This document shows, piece by piece, positions 13,233-26,899 of a stretch of DNA of 64,000 nucleotides. The stretch lies in NCBI GenBank assembly GCA_951406725.2, contig OX597840.1, positions 23,436,001-23,500,000 on the forward strand, given 5' to 3'. Position 1 is the stretch's first letter; each line of letters starts with the position of its first letter. The notes under the pieces are model-generated. The model searched no databases. It was not told the DNA's origin and saw nothing but the letters and a program-made list of their open reading frames with translations. A program made the position numbers and the translations under genes. The stretch comes from Octopus vulgaris (Eukaryota).

Positions 13233-13675
13233 AAAATCTTAGGGGAAAATGCTTGGCTGTGATTCTTCTGACATTACATTTGCATTTAAATTCAACCAAA
13301 GTGGACTTTGTCCTACATCCAGAGATGGGTTTGATGAAAAGAAGCCCCTTTTGAGCAATGGTGTTGAGATAATCAATTTAACACTTCCTTTGGAATTGCT
13401 GGCCTTGTGCCAATATTTGGAAACTATTCCAATGTCTTCGCTCTCACCCGTGGAAATGCCATGACCATGGCTTCTTCCTGGAGGTCCCATGGAACGTTGT
13501 ACTGTGCAACCAATTGAGGAACTTGTTGAATGGGTGTTTGTTTTGATGTTTTATTTTTCCTTTTCTATTTTTTTGTTTCTTCCTCTTTTCCCATTTTCAG
13601 TTTTGGATTTTGGATAAACAGCTGAAAGATTATATAAATATGTATTTATAGAATTAGTAAAGACATAAAGCACAG

Positions 13676-13967
13676 CTCCCTTAACTTTCGGAAACATTCT
13701 TTCACACTAAGAGTTGCTGAAGCATGGAACAAACTGCCGGCATCAGTTGTTAGTTGTCGGAGCACTGCATCCTTCAAAACTTCCATGCTTCCTGAGATTC
13801 TCCAACACTACACCTTATTTTCTCCCCTCCATACACATGCAAGCATGTATCTGACTCATACATTGTTCCCTTTCCAGACATTTGTACATTACTGCATATA
13901 CTTTATATGCACTTTCTGACAAGCTGTGGTGCACCTGAGCACTGTATACAATAATTTCATTATTATA
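13676..13967 (+). mobile_element. 3' end of a CR1/L2-group LINE
   Basis: NFRKHSFTLRVAEAWNKLPASVVSCRSTASFK (typical ORF2 C-terminus), 3' UTR and (ATT)n tail. Confidence 0.8.
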
Positions 13968-14974
13968 AGTTCTGAAAAGATACAGAGCAACAAAAAAGTG
14001 AATCAACACTGTGTCTGGTGAAAGGGTATTGGTTTAAAAATATACAAGAAATTATAACAATGAAGACTAAGGAATATGAAGGAGGTAAGGTGGATCTTTT
14101 TTGAACTCTAGTTTGACTGTAATTGATTTTATATTTGGTGTATTGTTGTAGTTTTCTAAGGTAATCATTGACATGAAATTCATTTTTGCTAAAAATCAAT
14201 AAAGTATTAATAGCTTTTAAAGTTTGCAATTTTGTGTAATTTTAGCCTCTTGAAATCTGCAGACATATAGGTGCCTGTTACCATAGTAACAAGCCAAGCT
14301 GTTACCAAGTTAGTCTAGCACATGTTCTTTTTGTGGCTTATTATATGCTGAAAACACATGCTCTATGGAGTAGTCATGAGATGTGCTAAAAATAACAGCT
14401 AAATACGTCATAAATCCTGCACCCAAATCTTAATATCTTAATTTTCTTTAACTAAACACCTTGAAATTTTATATACTGGCAGAATATGTCATATAGAAAA
14501 TCTTTTACTCTTAGCGTTGTTGAAAAAAATTTCTATTTTCGAAATTATTTAGTGTTAAAATTGCCGTATTTCGGTAATTTCAACCAATCATTGACGTGTA
14601 TTCAGCTGAAGAAAATTACTGGTGTTGTTACCAACTATCAGCAGTGTATATTTCGTCTGCCACTTTCATTTATGACATCGTTCGGGCGTTTGTACTGGGT
14701 TTACCTTTAAGGAACATTACAACAATTTCTCTACTTAGGATTAGGTTGTTAGGGTTACGGTGAGGATTAGGGTTTTAGGTTTAGGGTTACAGAAAAAGTG
14801 AAAAAGGAAAAAACTGGAGCGGTAGAAATGCAGAAACGATTATGGTGCTGACACCCTAGTTTATTCATACGAGCGTAACTGAGATGGAATATGTCATAAA
14901 TAACAGTGACAAACGAAAGACTTAGGACTCATTGAATGTTTTAAGTTCTCACAAAAAAAAGAAAAAAAAACAAT

Positions 14975-15245
14975 CACGCTGAGAGTTGCTGAAGCATGGA
15001 ACAAACTGCCGGCATCAGTTGTTAGTTGTCGGAGCACTGCATCCTTCAAAACTTCCATGCTTCCTGTGATTCGCCAAAACTACACCTTATTTTCTCCCCT
15101 CCATACACATGCAAGCATGTATCTGACTCATACACTGTTCGCTTCCCAGACATTTGTACATTACTGCATATACTTTATACACACTTTCTGACAAGCTGTG
15201 GTGCACTTGAGCACTGTATACAATAATTTCATTATTATTATTATA
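14975..15245 (+). mobile_element. Second 3'-end copy of the same CR1/L2-group LINE
   Basis: Near-identical to 13705-13967; ends caataatttcattattattatta. Confidence 0.8.
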
Positions 15246-15477
15246 ATCGATAAACTGATTCCTTATGGTATTTCCCAATCAAATTGCCTGCGATCCTACT
15301 TTCAGCCAAACTTTTGCCAATTTCAGCAGATTTCGCTCAAATGTGATGTCATTGTCACTTATTTTGGTTTGAAGTAAAGCGCTTCATCACTTAACGATCC
15401 TAACTTAATACCGAGCAACGCCGGGTTATACTGCTACTCAAATATATATCAGTAAAGCCGTTAATATTTGAAGACAA

Positions 15478-15698
15478 GAGTTAGTTCCCCTTGTTAACTC
15501 TTCCTAATTTGTATTCTTCCTCCAGTTTCTCGCGCACCTTGATTGTTTGATCAGTTCCACTTGACAACTGATATTTAAGAGAAAACCCAATCAAAAATAT
15601 ACAAATGATTGGTAATTAAATGTCTAAAGAAACAGTTTCAGCATTTTTATTACATTGATCTGCAAAATATGAAGTAACGTTCGTTGTAAAGAGTAAGT
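15478..15698 (+). promoter_or_regulatory. Putative promoter and short exon 1 of A3
   Basis: Same CCAAT-pair block as 7250; GTAAGT at 15693. Confidence 0.45.
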
Positions 15699-16166
15699 AT
15701 CATTGTGTTATCCCTTCTCTTTTAGATATTTTATCGCATTTGTGGTTACGTCTTCCGGATCGCCGTTATTTCCTATATTTCTTAATGTCAGAATAATACC
15801 TTGTTCAGATAAAATTACTCTTTCTTTTTGACGTATAAACTGGACAATTTAGTTAAATGCAGGTAAATTACGATGTAATTTGTAAGAAAAGATGGGGAAT
15901 GTATAAAAGTACGAATGTGCGCTTAAATTACTGAAACGAAAAGCAAATATCGTTTACAGACGAAATGAAAGGGCTTTGAATTGAAACACTAGAAAGTACC
16001 TAATTTGACCAAAAATAAATATAAAAAATCCTTTTACTCGAAAATTAGTAGAGAAGATATGAAAAATATCGACACGACATATAAAATGAAGGCTGATGGC
16101 CATTGTTTAAAAACTATCGCCTTGTGAAATTTAGTTTACTCAAATCAGTCACTAATAACTCAATTT

Positions 16167-16557
16167 GGATCTTTTCGGTTTGAACGGCAGTTTTTTCTAG
16201 TGGTGTCATATGAAATTGTCACCCATAATTATGACCCTAGTATCGATCTATTGCATTTCAATCTGTTTTAGGGTATCTTTTTTCTTCAGAAATGTAAATA
16301 AACCCAATCTGTTTCTTAAACGAGGGACATATTCATACGGCACAGAATGTTTTCACCTCAATAGACGTCACTGATTGGTTGAAATTGCAGAAATTGAAGA
16401 AGAAAAACAACAAATATCTTACAAACTATAGAAATTTCTCAATAAAGCCAAGAGAAAAAAAGCTTTTATAAACACTTTCTACCAGTATACGAAATTTAAA
16501 AGTGTTTAGTTTCATGGAAATTATTTTAAAAAACTGCCGTTCAAACCGAAAAGATCC
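16167..16557. mobile_element. MITE with ~30-bp TIR, probably Merlin-derived
   Basis: TIR GGATCTTTTCGGTTTGAACGGCAGTTTTT; 8-bp TSD CTCAATTT at 16159-16166 and 16558-16565; absent from the paralogous site near 255-275. Confidence 0.88.
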
Positions 16558-16932
16558 CTCAATTTTTGTGCTTGAAGCCTTATAAACATTTTTATGTCCA
16601 TTAAAATAATAATAATAATCAAAAGTCTTTGACAATGGTTTTATGTGTGTGTTGGGATTTGGGTTTTGATCACGTGATTTTGGTTGCTGCTGTTATATGG
16701 CTGCACTGCGGCTGTGCGGAGGTCTCTTCTGTTTTGCAGACGACATGTTCAGCTTTGGTTTTAGGGAGTCGAGAATGTAGCAACTTGCTGCATAAAAATA
16801 TTATTGCATTGAAGTGTCGTTTTGCTTACAATCTAGCAATCTTTGTATTGTATATTGATGCATTTTTCAGTTGATTGAAACCTTTTAAACTTTGATATTC
16901 GAGTTTGGGTTTATAACAGTGTAGTCTGGTGT

Positions 16933-17178
16933 AGGTATATGGTCTAGTGGTTAGAGCAGTGGACTCGCGGTCTAGGAATCGCGGGTTCAAATCTCAGACC
17001 GAGCGAAACACCTAACCTCCACGCAGCTCTGGCTGACCCTTACACTACAACTTTCTCACTTTTTCCTCCTGCAACTTGCAGCTTACCTGCTACGGACTAG
17101 CGTCCCATCCAGGTGGAGAACCTACACGCCAAGGAAACCGGCTCTTATGAGCCTGGCATGGCTCGAGAAGGAACAACA
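16933..17178 (+). mobile_element. tRNA-derived SINE (family 3)
   Basis: A box tggtctagtggttaga, B box ggttcaaatct; same family as 42031 and 60258. Confidence 0.78.
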
Positions 17179-17752
17179 GTGTGGTCTACTCCCTGATATA
17201 AACCTCTTGAAAACAGAGAGATGGGATAAGTTTAATAGTTCAGATAAAGGATTGCTTCTACAATTTATGAAATCAGAAATGTCGTAAATTTGCACTTTTG
17301 AATATCTGCTTTTAAACATACCTGATGTCTTATACTATTTTTTCTATTCTTTCAGAAAATCACATGAAATTGGCTAAAAAGTATTTTTTACTTTTAAAGA
17401 ATCATCAATGTGTATCTTGTTTGAAAGACTCTGCAAAGATATTCTATAAACATATAATCCTGCTTCTATAAAACATTGCTGGATTACAGTAAAATATTTC
17501 CTCTGAGAGAGAAAGCATTTCTTTACTTCTGTGTCTGAAATGTGCAAGAGATAGTTTTCTCTTTTAAATATACTTTGATAGATTTCCAAAGAGTATTTGC
17601 GACATTTTTAAATATTGGCATTGATCACATTTAGATAAACTATAAAAACGAAAAGAAGCAAAATATCCATATATTTTGGTGAGAGGAGAAATATTTTTGA
17701 AAAGTTGTTGATCTGTACAACTTGAAGAATCGATTTTATTATTCTTGAAGAG

Positions 17753-18784
17753 ATGTCTGAAGAATTAGGAAAGTCATCATATGACTGTGACATCTGCAAA
17801 GAGTCATTCTTCGAAGAAAGTAAATTCAATCAACACAAACAAATTCATAGAGGAGAGAAACAACATCAATGTGATGTCTGTGGTAAATCATTGTCTGACA
17901 AGAATAGCTTAGCTCGACACAAGCGTATTCATACAGGGGAAAAACCATATCACTGTAATGTCTGTGGTAAATCATTCTCGGATGACAGTCACTTAACTCA
18001 ACACACGCGTATCCATACAGGAGAAAAACCTTATTCCTGTGATATCTGTGGTGAATCATTCTCTGCTGGCAATAGCTTAACTCGACACAAACGTATTCAT
18101 ACAGGAGAGAAACCATTTCCTTGTGATATATGTGGTAAATCTTTCCCTGAAAACTTTAGCTTAACTCAACACATACGTATTCATACAGGGGAGAAGCCAT
18201 ATAACTGTAGTATCTGTGATAAATCGTTCTGTAATGACAGTCACTTAACTCGACACATACGTACTCATACAGGAGAGAAACCTTATCCCTGTGATATCTG
18301 TGGTGAATCCTTCTCTGCTGGCAGTAGCTTAACTCGGCACAGACGTATTCATACGGGAGAGAAACCATTTCCTTGTGATATATGTGGTAAATCTTTCACT
18401 GAAAATAGTGGCTTAACTAAACACAAACGTATTCATACAGGGGAGAAGCCACATAAGTGTAGTATCTGTGATAAATCATTCTCTAATTACAGTCACTTAA
18501 TTCGACACATCCGTATTCATACAGGGGTGAAGCGTTTTCCCTGTGATATCTGTGGTAAATCATTTTCTGATGACAGTAGCTTAACTAAACACAAGCGTAT
18601 CCATACAGGGGAGAAACCATATCACTGTGATTTATGTGGTAAATCTTTCACTGAAAAGAGTGGCTTAACTAAACACAAACGTATCCATACAGGTGAGCAA
18701 CCGTATCACTGTGATATCTGTGGTAAATCATTCAGTCAGGCAGGTAACTTAAATACACACAAACGTATTCATACAGGTGAATAA
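17753..18784 (+). CDS. C2H2 zinc-finger protein A3 (12 fingers; truncated by a premature TAA)
   Basis: 343-aa ORF. CAA>TAA in a TGEQP linker. Two more in-frame fingers follow, with a second TAA at 18905 and the paralog-matching TAG at 18956-18958. Acceptor at 17354-17355. Confidence 0.88.
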   Translation: MSEELGKSSYDCDICKESFFEESKFNQHKQIHRGEKQHQCDVCGKSLSDKNSLARHKRIHTGEKPYHCNVCGKSFSDDSHLTQHTRIHTGEKPYSCDICGESFSAGNSLTRHKRIHTGEKPFPCDICGKSFPENFSLTQHIRIHTGEKPYNCSICDKSFCNDSHLTRHIRTHTGEKPYPCDICGESFSAGSSLTRHRRIHTGEKPFPCDICGKSFTENSGLTKHKRIHTGEKPHKCSICDKSFSNYSHLIRHIRIHTGVKRFPCDICGKSFSDDSSLTKHKRIHTGEKPYHCDLCGKSFTEKSGLTKHKRIHTGEQPYHCDICGKSFSQAGNLNTHKRIHTGE

Positions 18785-18904
<120 letters not shown>

Positions 18905-19714
18905 TAAAAATATCAATTAATTAAACACAAGTGTATTTGTTATGCAAAGGATCCATAGCACAGTGACAATTCTTGTATAACATTCCCTCAGAAGGACAAG
19001 CTTGTTCCTCAGGAAAATCTCTACACATGATTGAAACCATATTATAAAGACATCCACAGAATACAGAAACTATATGAATGTGACATCTATAGTAAATCTT
19101 TGACATGAAATCATCCATTATTGAATCAAAAGAGCATTGACAGAGGAAGGAAAACATATCACTGTGATGTTAAACCTGAATCATTCTTTCAAATGGTGAA
19201 TTGTTTGTACACAGTCCTATTAATATGAAGGATATAACTGTAACCTAAGCTATTTGTGCTAAATCAATCTATAAAAATGGATCAATTATTGAAATGTAAA
19301 TGCATTCTTACATAAGAGGAACCACGATGATGATGATCCTCATCATTTAAAATTCTCCTATTCTTGCTTCTGTGGATCGGATGGAATTCATTGATGGAGA
19401 TTTTCTACATCTGGGTCCCTTTCTTGTGACCAATCCTCACCTGTTTCCAAGCAAGGAAATATTTTCCCTGGTGAGACATATTTTACGCAGAGGACTGGAA
19501 GTGAACAACTGCACAAGTATGACGGTCATGATGGCCCTTTACGAACATCACATAATATCTGGATAAGGGTACACACAGACATGTATGTTCGAAGATTTTC
19601 TTATAGGAAATCTTTTACATTTTTAATCTACTTCTAAATGTTTGTAATTCCTATTAGGAAATGAAACACATGTAATGCTGAATAAATAATATCAAACTTT
19701 TCTCCAGTCTCTTT

Positions 19715-20510
19715 ATCATCATCATTTAACGTCCGCTTTCCATGCTAGCATGGGTTGGACGGTTCAACTGGGGTCTGGGGAGCCCGAAAGCTGCACCAGT
19801 CCAGTCAGATCTGGCAGTGTTTCTACAGCTGGATGCCCTTCCTAACGCCAACCACTCCGAGAGTGTAGTGGGTGATTTTATGTGCCACCGACACAGGTGC
19901 CAGACGAGGCTGGCAGACGGCCACGCTCGGATGGTGTTTTTTATGTGCCACCGACACAGGTGCCAGACTAGGCTGGCAGACGGCCACGCTCGGATGGTGT
20001 TTTTATGTGCCACCGACACAGGTGCCAGATGAGGCTGGCAAACGGCCACGATCGGATGGTGCTTGTTACGTGCCCACAGCACGGAGGCCAGTCGATGCGG
20101 TACTGGCTACGGCCACGTTCGGATGGTTTTCTTGTGTGCCACGTGCCACCGGCACTGGTACCACAAAGATACAAATTCCATTGATGTTCATCTATTTTGA
20201 TTTGTTTTGATTTTCACTTGCCTCAACAGGTCTTCACAAGTGTCACAAGAAGGAAGGTATGCACAGGTGGACTGACTACGTCCCAGGTAGGGGCCATGGG
20301 TTATGGCCTGACTAGTCTTGCCGGGTCTTCGGATGGTGTTTTTATGTGCCACCGACACAGGTGCTAGATGAGGCTGGCGAACGGCCACGATTGGATGGTG
20401 TTTGTTATGTGCCCACAGCACGATGGCCAGTGATGCGGTACTGACTACGGCCATGTTCGGATGGATTCTTGTGTGCCACCGGCACTGGTACCACAAGCGG
20501 TACTGACTAC
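19715..20510 (-). mobile_element. RTE LINE 3' UTR fragment with internal ~61-bp tandem repeats
   Basis: Starts with (CAT)n ttaacgtccgctttccatgctagc, the reverse complement of the 7120-7160 tail. Absent at the paralogous site 12230-12250. Confidence 0.85.
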
Positions 20511-21869
20511 TTTTTATGTGATATGTAATTACCTTGCAAAAAATATTATCCAAACCTCCCACGAAAATAATACACACAGACAGATAGATGTGGTGGTGAG
20601 TGCATAGTGAAAACGGTTTTGTCTTTTCATTGAAATAAATTTTTGTATCACCTACAAATTGAAATTTGTATTGGCTCTGACCCATCTCCTTGGCTTATAA
20701 GTTACCAATGATACGGTTTTCAGTGTATACCATGTTACGTTAAATTTTTACTCATAAGAAATTGTGACTCCTATATTTTACTATACAATTTTTGTTTTCT
20801 AGAAGAAAAATTTGACCATTTCAATTTCAAAATGTAATTTTATCTGTTTATAGTCAAAATGGAAAAATAAGAGTGAATATTTATTTTATGAGTGCTGAGC
20901 CTATAAAATTGTGCATAAAATATATAAGCTATATGAAGTGCATTCAGTCATTATTATATTCCAATTTCCTTCACTTTTCAATGAATAATAGATGGGTGAC
21001 TATCTTTTGATACAGACACAACACAGGCTACACTTTCGAGGTTTTAGATTAAGTTTTCAGAAATAACCGAATAGGTTTGCTATTAATTTCATGAAATATT
21101 CACGGGTCCCACTAGTTTAAGAGCATCATGTGGTCAGCTGAAGGTAGAGGTGAAGAATGAGAGATAATGTGGGAGGGAAAAGTGTTAATGATATGTGGTG
21201 TAGTGAAGAAGGAATACTTATTACTTGGTTAACAGGTTAGCTGAAGGGAAAAATGAGGAGAAAGAGATATGTTTAGGATACATTATTTGTGAGAGAGTGA
21301 GGTTTAAGAGATGGACGGTGGAGGCAGATAGGGTTTGTATTGTTAAAAGTTGATATAATCAAAAGACCTGAAATGAAACAAGTCTTGTTCCTGAAACTTA
21401 TAGTGATGATGGTGATAGTGGTGGGTTGATTGCGAAAAGGAATTTCTTTTTTTTATAGAGACCGTCACTCAACACTTGCACTTTGGTGCAATTATTACAG
21501 ATTTAACAAAGCTGAAGGTATGAATGCTATAAGAATGCAAATGAACCTCTTTTTCTTAAATAGGTCCTCTTAATTTTTTGAATTAATAATAAACTAAGGT
21601 GGCAAACTGGCAGGATCGTTAGCACATCGGGCAAAATGCTTAGCTAGATTCTTCTGACATTTATGCATTTAAATTCTTCCAAAGTGGACTTTGTCTTTCA
21701 TCCAGAGATGGGTTTGATGAAAATGAGCCCCTTTTGAGCACTGGAGTAGAGATAATCAATTCAACACTTCCTGTGAAATTGCTGGCCTTGTGCCAATATT
21801 TGGAAACTATTCCAATGTCTTCGCTCTCAACCGAGGAAATGCCACGACCATTTCAAAAAATATCAAAGA

Positions 21870-22462
21870 ACCTTCCGGTCCAGTGAACTAGGTGTCATCA
21901 TACCACTTTTCTCCTCCTTTGTACGGCCACACCTCGAATACTGCTGCCCACTGTGGTCTACCCACACAAAACAAAACATCTCGAAGATTGAATCGCCCCA
22001 GAGGACACTCACTAAACGAATTGAAGGCATAACTGCTCTCGATTATTGGGACTGCCTTAAAGCCTTGAAACTCTATTCTCTCCAGCTCCGCCGCAAGCGG
22101 AACGTCATTTGTATGATGTGGAGAATATACTGCGACCACGGGCATTACATCCCCTGCCCAATTCAGGATCACAGCATATAGGTAGACTGCAACAGAATTT
22201 CTTTTCCTCAACAGGCCCTGCCCTGTTTAACATTGTCCCGAAAGAGATCAAAGAGGAAAAGGATCCCATCAACATTAAACGGAGTCTGGACTGATTTCGT
22301 CAAGGAATACCGGATAAGCCACCCATACCTGGATACAACTCACTACTTGAATGGACCATAAACAGAACTTGACTTAAACAGGATTTAGATAATCCTATTA
22401 GGTGATGCTATTAAGTTAGATATGGCCTGGACCAATCTTTGGTCGAAACATATCTAAGCCTA
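21870..22462 (+). mobile_element. Decayed 3' fragment of another LINE (CR1/L2/Jockey group)
   Basis: Frameshifted VRPHLEYCCPLWS..., YWDCLKALKL, GPALFNIVPKEIK...KRSLD C-terminal motifs. Confidence 0.7.
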
Positions 22463-22497
22463 ATTTTTCAATAAAGTAGAGCCGCATTTAAAGAATG

Positions 22498-22782
22498 GAG
22501 TTAGTTCCCCTTGTTCATAATTTTGTTTCTTCCTCCTGTTTCTCCCGCACCTTGATTGTTTGATCAGTTCCACTTGACAACTGATATTTAAGAGAAAATC
22601 CAATCAAATATATACAAATGATTGGTAATTAAGTGTCTAAAGAAGCAGATACGGCATTTTTTATTACATTGACCTGCAAAATATGAAGTAACGTTCGTTG
22701 GAAATAGGAAGAAATTCTCTTGAAGCTGTCAGTGTCCGCTCTGACTCGTTGACTCTCTCTTTATATCAATTACTATGTAAGT
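22498..22782 (+). promoter_or_regulatory. Putative promoter and non-coding exon 1 of A4
   Basis: Same CCAAT-pair block; GTAAGT donor at 22777. Confidence 0.5.
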
Positions 22783-23902
22783 ATTATAAAGACATTTCTA
22801 TTGTATTAAGTATCATATTACGTACATCTGTTTGTTTCCATGTGTTGAATAAGTCAAAAGAAAGAATCTCACCAAACAAAGACGAAATTATATGAAAGTA
22901 AGGCTGTTCTTTTAATAATTACGATGTAATTTGTAAGAAAAGATGGGGAATGTATAAAAGTACGAATGTGCACTTGAATTACTGAAACGAAAAGGCAATA
23001 TCGTATACAGACGAAATGAAAGGGCTTTGAATTGAAACACTAGAAAGTACCTAATTTGACCAAAAATAAATATAAAAAACCGTTTATATAATCTTTTGCT
23101 CGAAAATTTGTAATGAAGATATAAAAAAATATCGACATGACATATATATAGACATAATAATCAAAAAGTCACTGAGAATGGTTTTAAGTGTGGTTTCACA
23201 TTTTTATACTTAGGAAATACAAAACCGAATTAAGAGGAAGCATTATCTTATTTGAGTCATTATGTCGTTAAAAAAGAACATAATAAATGCTAAGAATCAG
23301 AGAAAAGATCAACAAAAGTAAAAACTGATAGATTATCGATGAAAAGTCTCCAAAGTGACTAAAACATTAGGTTACCATTTATGGTAAAATTTTAATGTTG
23401 TATATTTGCCCTTTCGAATATCTGCCTTTTGAACATAATTGATGTCTTATATTAATTTTTCGTATTCTTTCAGAAAATCACATGAAGTTGGCTAAAAAGT
23501 ATTTTTTACTTTTAAAGAATCATCAATATGTATCATGTTTGAAAGACTCTGCAAAGATATTCTACAAACGTATACTCCTGCTTCTATAAAACATTGCTGA
23601 ATTACAGTAAAATATTTCCTCTGAGAGAGAAAGCATTTCTTTACTTCTGTGTCTGAAATGTGCAAGAGATAATTTTCTCTTTTAAATATACTTTGATAGA
23701 TTTCCAAAGAGTATTTGCAACATTTTTAAATATTGGCATTGACCACATTTAGAAGAAATATAAGAGAAGTGATATTTGTTTGGAATAAACTATAAAAACA
23801 TAAAGAAAAAAAATATCCATATATTTTGGTGAGAGGAGAGAAATTTGTGAAAAGTTATTGACGTGTAAAACTTTAAGGATTGATTTTATTATTCTTGAAG
23901 AG

Positions 23903-25030
23903 ATGTCTGAAGAATTAGGAAAATCCTCATATGACTGTGATATCTGCAAAGACTCATTCTTAGAAGAAAGTAAATTCAATCAACACAAACAAATTCATAC
24001 AAGGGAGAAACCATATCACTGTAGTATCTGTGGTAAATCATTCTTAAGTAGCAGTCACTTAACACGACACATACGTATTCATACAGGAGAGAAACCGTAT
24101 CCCTGTGATGTATGTGGTAAATCATTGTCTGATAGGAATAGTTTAACTCAACACAAACTTATTCATACAGGAGAGAAACCATATCACTGTAATATCTGTA
24201 GTAAATCATTGTCTGACAGGAGTAGCTTAGCTCGACATAAACGTATTCATACAGGGGAGAAACCATATCACTGTGATATCTGTGATAAATCATTCAGTCG
24301 AAGAGGTAGCTTAGCTACTCACAAACAGGTTCATACAGGGGAGAAACGATATCCTTGTGATATCTGTGGTAAATCATTCTGTAATGACAGTCACTTAACT
24401 CAACACCAACGTATTCACTCAGGAGAAAAACCTTATCCCTGTGATATCTGTGGTGAATCATTCTCTGTTGGCAGTAGCTTAACTCGTCATAAACGTATTC
24501 ATACAGGAGAGAAACCATTTCCTTGTGATATATGTGGTAAATCTTTCCCTGAAAACTGTAGTTTAACTCAACACAGACGTATTCATACAGGGGAGAAACC
24601 ATATCACTGTACTATCTGTGGTAAATCATTCTCTAATGACAGTCACTTAACTCGACATATACGTATCCATACAGGAGAAAAACCTTATCCCTGCGATATC
24701 TGTGGTGAATCGTTCTCTGTTGGCAGTAGCTTAACTCGTCATAAACGTATCCATACAGGAGAGAAACCATATCAATGTGATTTATGTGGTAAATCCTTCA
24801 CTGAAAAGAGTGGCTTAACTCAACACAAACGTATTCATACAGGGGAGAAACCATATTCCTGTGATATCTGTGGTGAATCATTCTATCACAGAGGTAACTT
24901 TACTACTCACTCAAGGGTTCATACAGGGGAGAAGCCATATCACTGTGACATCTGTGATAAATCATTCTCTGTTAGTAGTTGCCTAACTAGACACAAGCGT
25001 ATTCATGCAGTGGAGAAAACCTCTCCGTGA
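23903..25030 (+). CDS. C2H2 zinc-finger protein A4 (13 fingers)
   Basis: ATG (MSEELGK) at 23903 by homology with the paralogs (the track start at 23858 is a TTG). Acceptor at 23472-23473. Decayed fingers continue to ~25900. Confidence 0.92.
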   Translation: MSEELGKSSYDCDICKDSFLEESKFNQHKQIHTREKPYHCSICGKSFLSSSHLTRHIRIHTGEKPYPCDVCGKSLSDRNSLTQHKLIHTGEKPYHCNICSKSLSDRSSLARHKRIHTGEKPYHCDICDKSFSRRGSLATHKQVHTGEKRYPCDICGKSFCNDSHLTQHQRIHSGEKPYPCDICGESFSVGSSLTRHKRIHTGEKPFPCDICGKSFPENCSLTQHRRIHTGEKPYHCTICGKSFSNDSHLTRHIRIHTGEKPYPCDICGESFSVGSSLTRHKRIHTGEKPYQCDLCGKSFTEKSGLTQHKRIHTGEKPYSCDICGESFYHRGNFTTHSRVHTGEKPYHCDICDKSFSVSSCLTRHKRIHAVEKTSP

Positions 25031-25115
25031 TATCAGTGGCAAATTATTCTATCAAAGAAGTAACTTAACTACTCACACATGGGTTCATACAGAGGAGAAA
25101 ATAAATCATTGTGAT

Positions 25116-25669
<554 letters not shown>

Positions 25670-26385
25670 TAAACAGTTCTTTCCTTATGAAGTGGATTCA
25701 TAACACAGTGATATTTGTTGTATAACATTTCCTCAGAAGGGCAAAGGAGGGAAATCATATCACTGTGATATCAGTGCTTAATCATTCTATCAAAATGGAG
25801 AATTATACACAGTCATATTAATATGAAAGATATAATCATACCTCAAGATATTTGTGTTGAATCAATCTATGAAAAGGATCAATTATTAAAACATAACTGC
25901 ATTCATACAGAAGAGGAACCACGATGATGATGGTCCTCATCATTTAACATTCACTTTTCCATGCTTCTGTGGATCAGATGGAATTCATTGATGGAGATTT
26001 TCTCCAGCTGGATGCCTTTCTTGTGACCAATCCTCACCTGTTTCCAAGCAAGGAAATATTTCTCCTGGTGAGACATATTTTACGCAGAGGACTGGAAGTG
26101 AACAACTGCACAAGTATGACGGTCATGATGGCCCTTAACGAACAACACATAATATCTGGACAAGGGTACACACACACTTATGTATGTCTGAAGAATTTCT
26201 TATAGGAAATTTCTTACATGTTTTCTCTACGTGTAAAAGTTTGTAATTCCTATTAGGAAACGAAACACATGTAATGCTGAATAAATAATATCAAACTCTT
26301 CTCCATTGTCCTTATGTGTTATGTTATTACTCTGCAAAAAATATTATCCAAACCACATACAAAAATAATATACACACACACACAC

Positions 26386-26429
<44 letters not shown>

Positions 26430-26431
<2 letters not shown>

Positions 26432-26790
26432 CATGGGAGTGGCTGTGTGGTATGTAGCTTGCTCACCAACCATATGGTTCCGGGTTCAGTCCCACTGCAT
26501 GGCACCTTGGGCAAGTGTCTTCTACTATAGCCTCGGGCCGATCAAAGCCTTATGAGTGGATTTGGTAGGTGGAAACTGAAAGAAGCCCGTTGTATATATG
26601 TATATATATGTGTGTTTGTCCCCCCAACATCACTTGACAACCGATGCTGGTGTGTTAACGTCCCCATAACCGATAGAATAAGTACCAGCCTACAAAGAAT
26701 AAGTCCTGTGGTCGATTTGCTCGACTAAAAGTGGTACTCCAGCATGGCTGCAGTCAAATGACTGAAAGAAGTGAAAGAGATAAAAAGTAT
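26430..26790 (+). mobile_element. tRNA-derived SINE (family 1), near full length
   Basis: A box tggctgtgtgg, B box ggttcagtccc, then a ccttgggcaagtg core-like segment. Follows a (TA)n tract. Many other copies in the window. Confidence 0.82.
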
Positions 26791-26899
26791 GTAATAACCA
26801 GCTTCTTTGTTCAACTGATATACTTTCATTAGTTGGAGTAAGAGTGGGAGGGAGGGAAGACGCAGAGAGAGGGGATCTTTCTTATAGTAATTCTTGTTT

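Noticed and set aside
13018-13354. Poly-Thr / poly-Val ORFs
   Set aside because: Translations of a trinucleotide microsatellite.
17826-18368. Antisense ORFs with [12 protein letters not shown] repeats (also 24315, 39069, 53737)
   Set aside because: Shadow frames of the zinc-finger repeats.
18782-18784. Stop read-through by A-to-I editing of the A3 TAA
   Set aside because: It would need both As edited (to TGG), and a second TAA follows; there is no supporting evidence.
19860-20060. CRISPR-like regularly spaced repeats
   Set aside because: Head-to-tail tandem units without unique spacers, inside an RTE 3' UTR, in eukaryotic DNA.
26430-26510. tRNA gene candidates (also 16933, 42230-42308, 61425)
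   Set aside because: A/B boxes continue into repeated SINE bodies, one with a TSD, so these are SINE heads.
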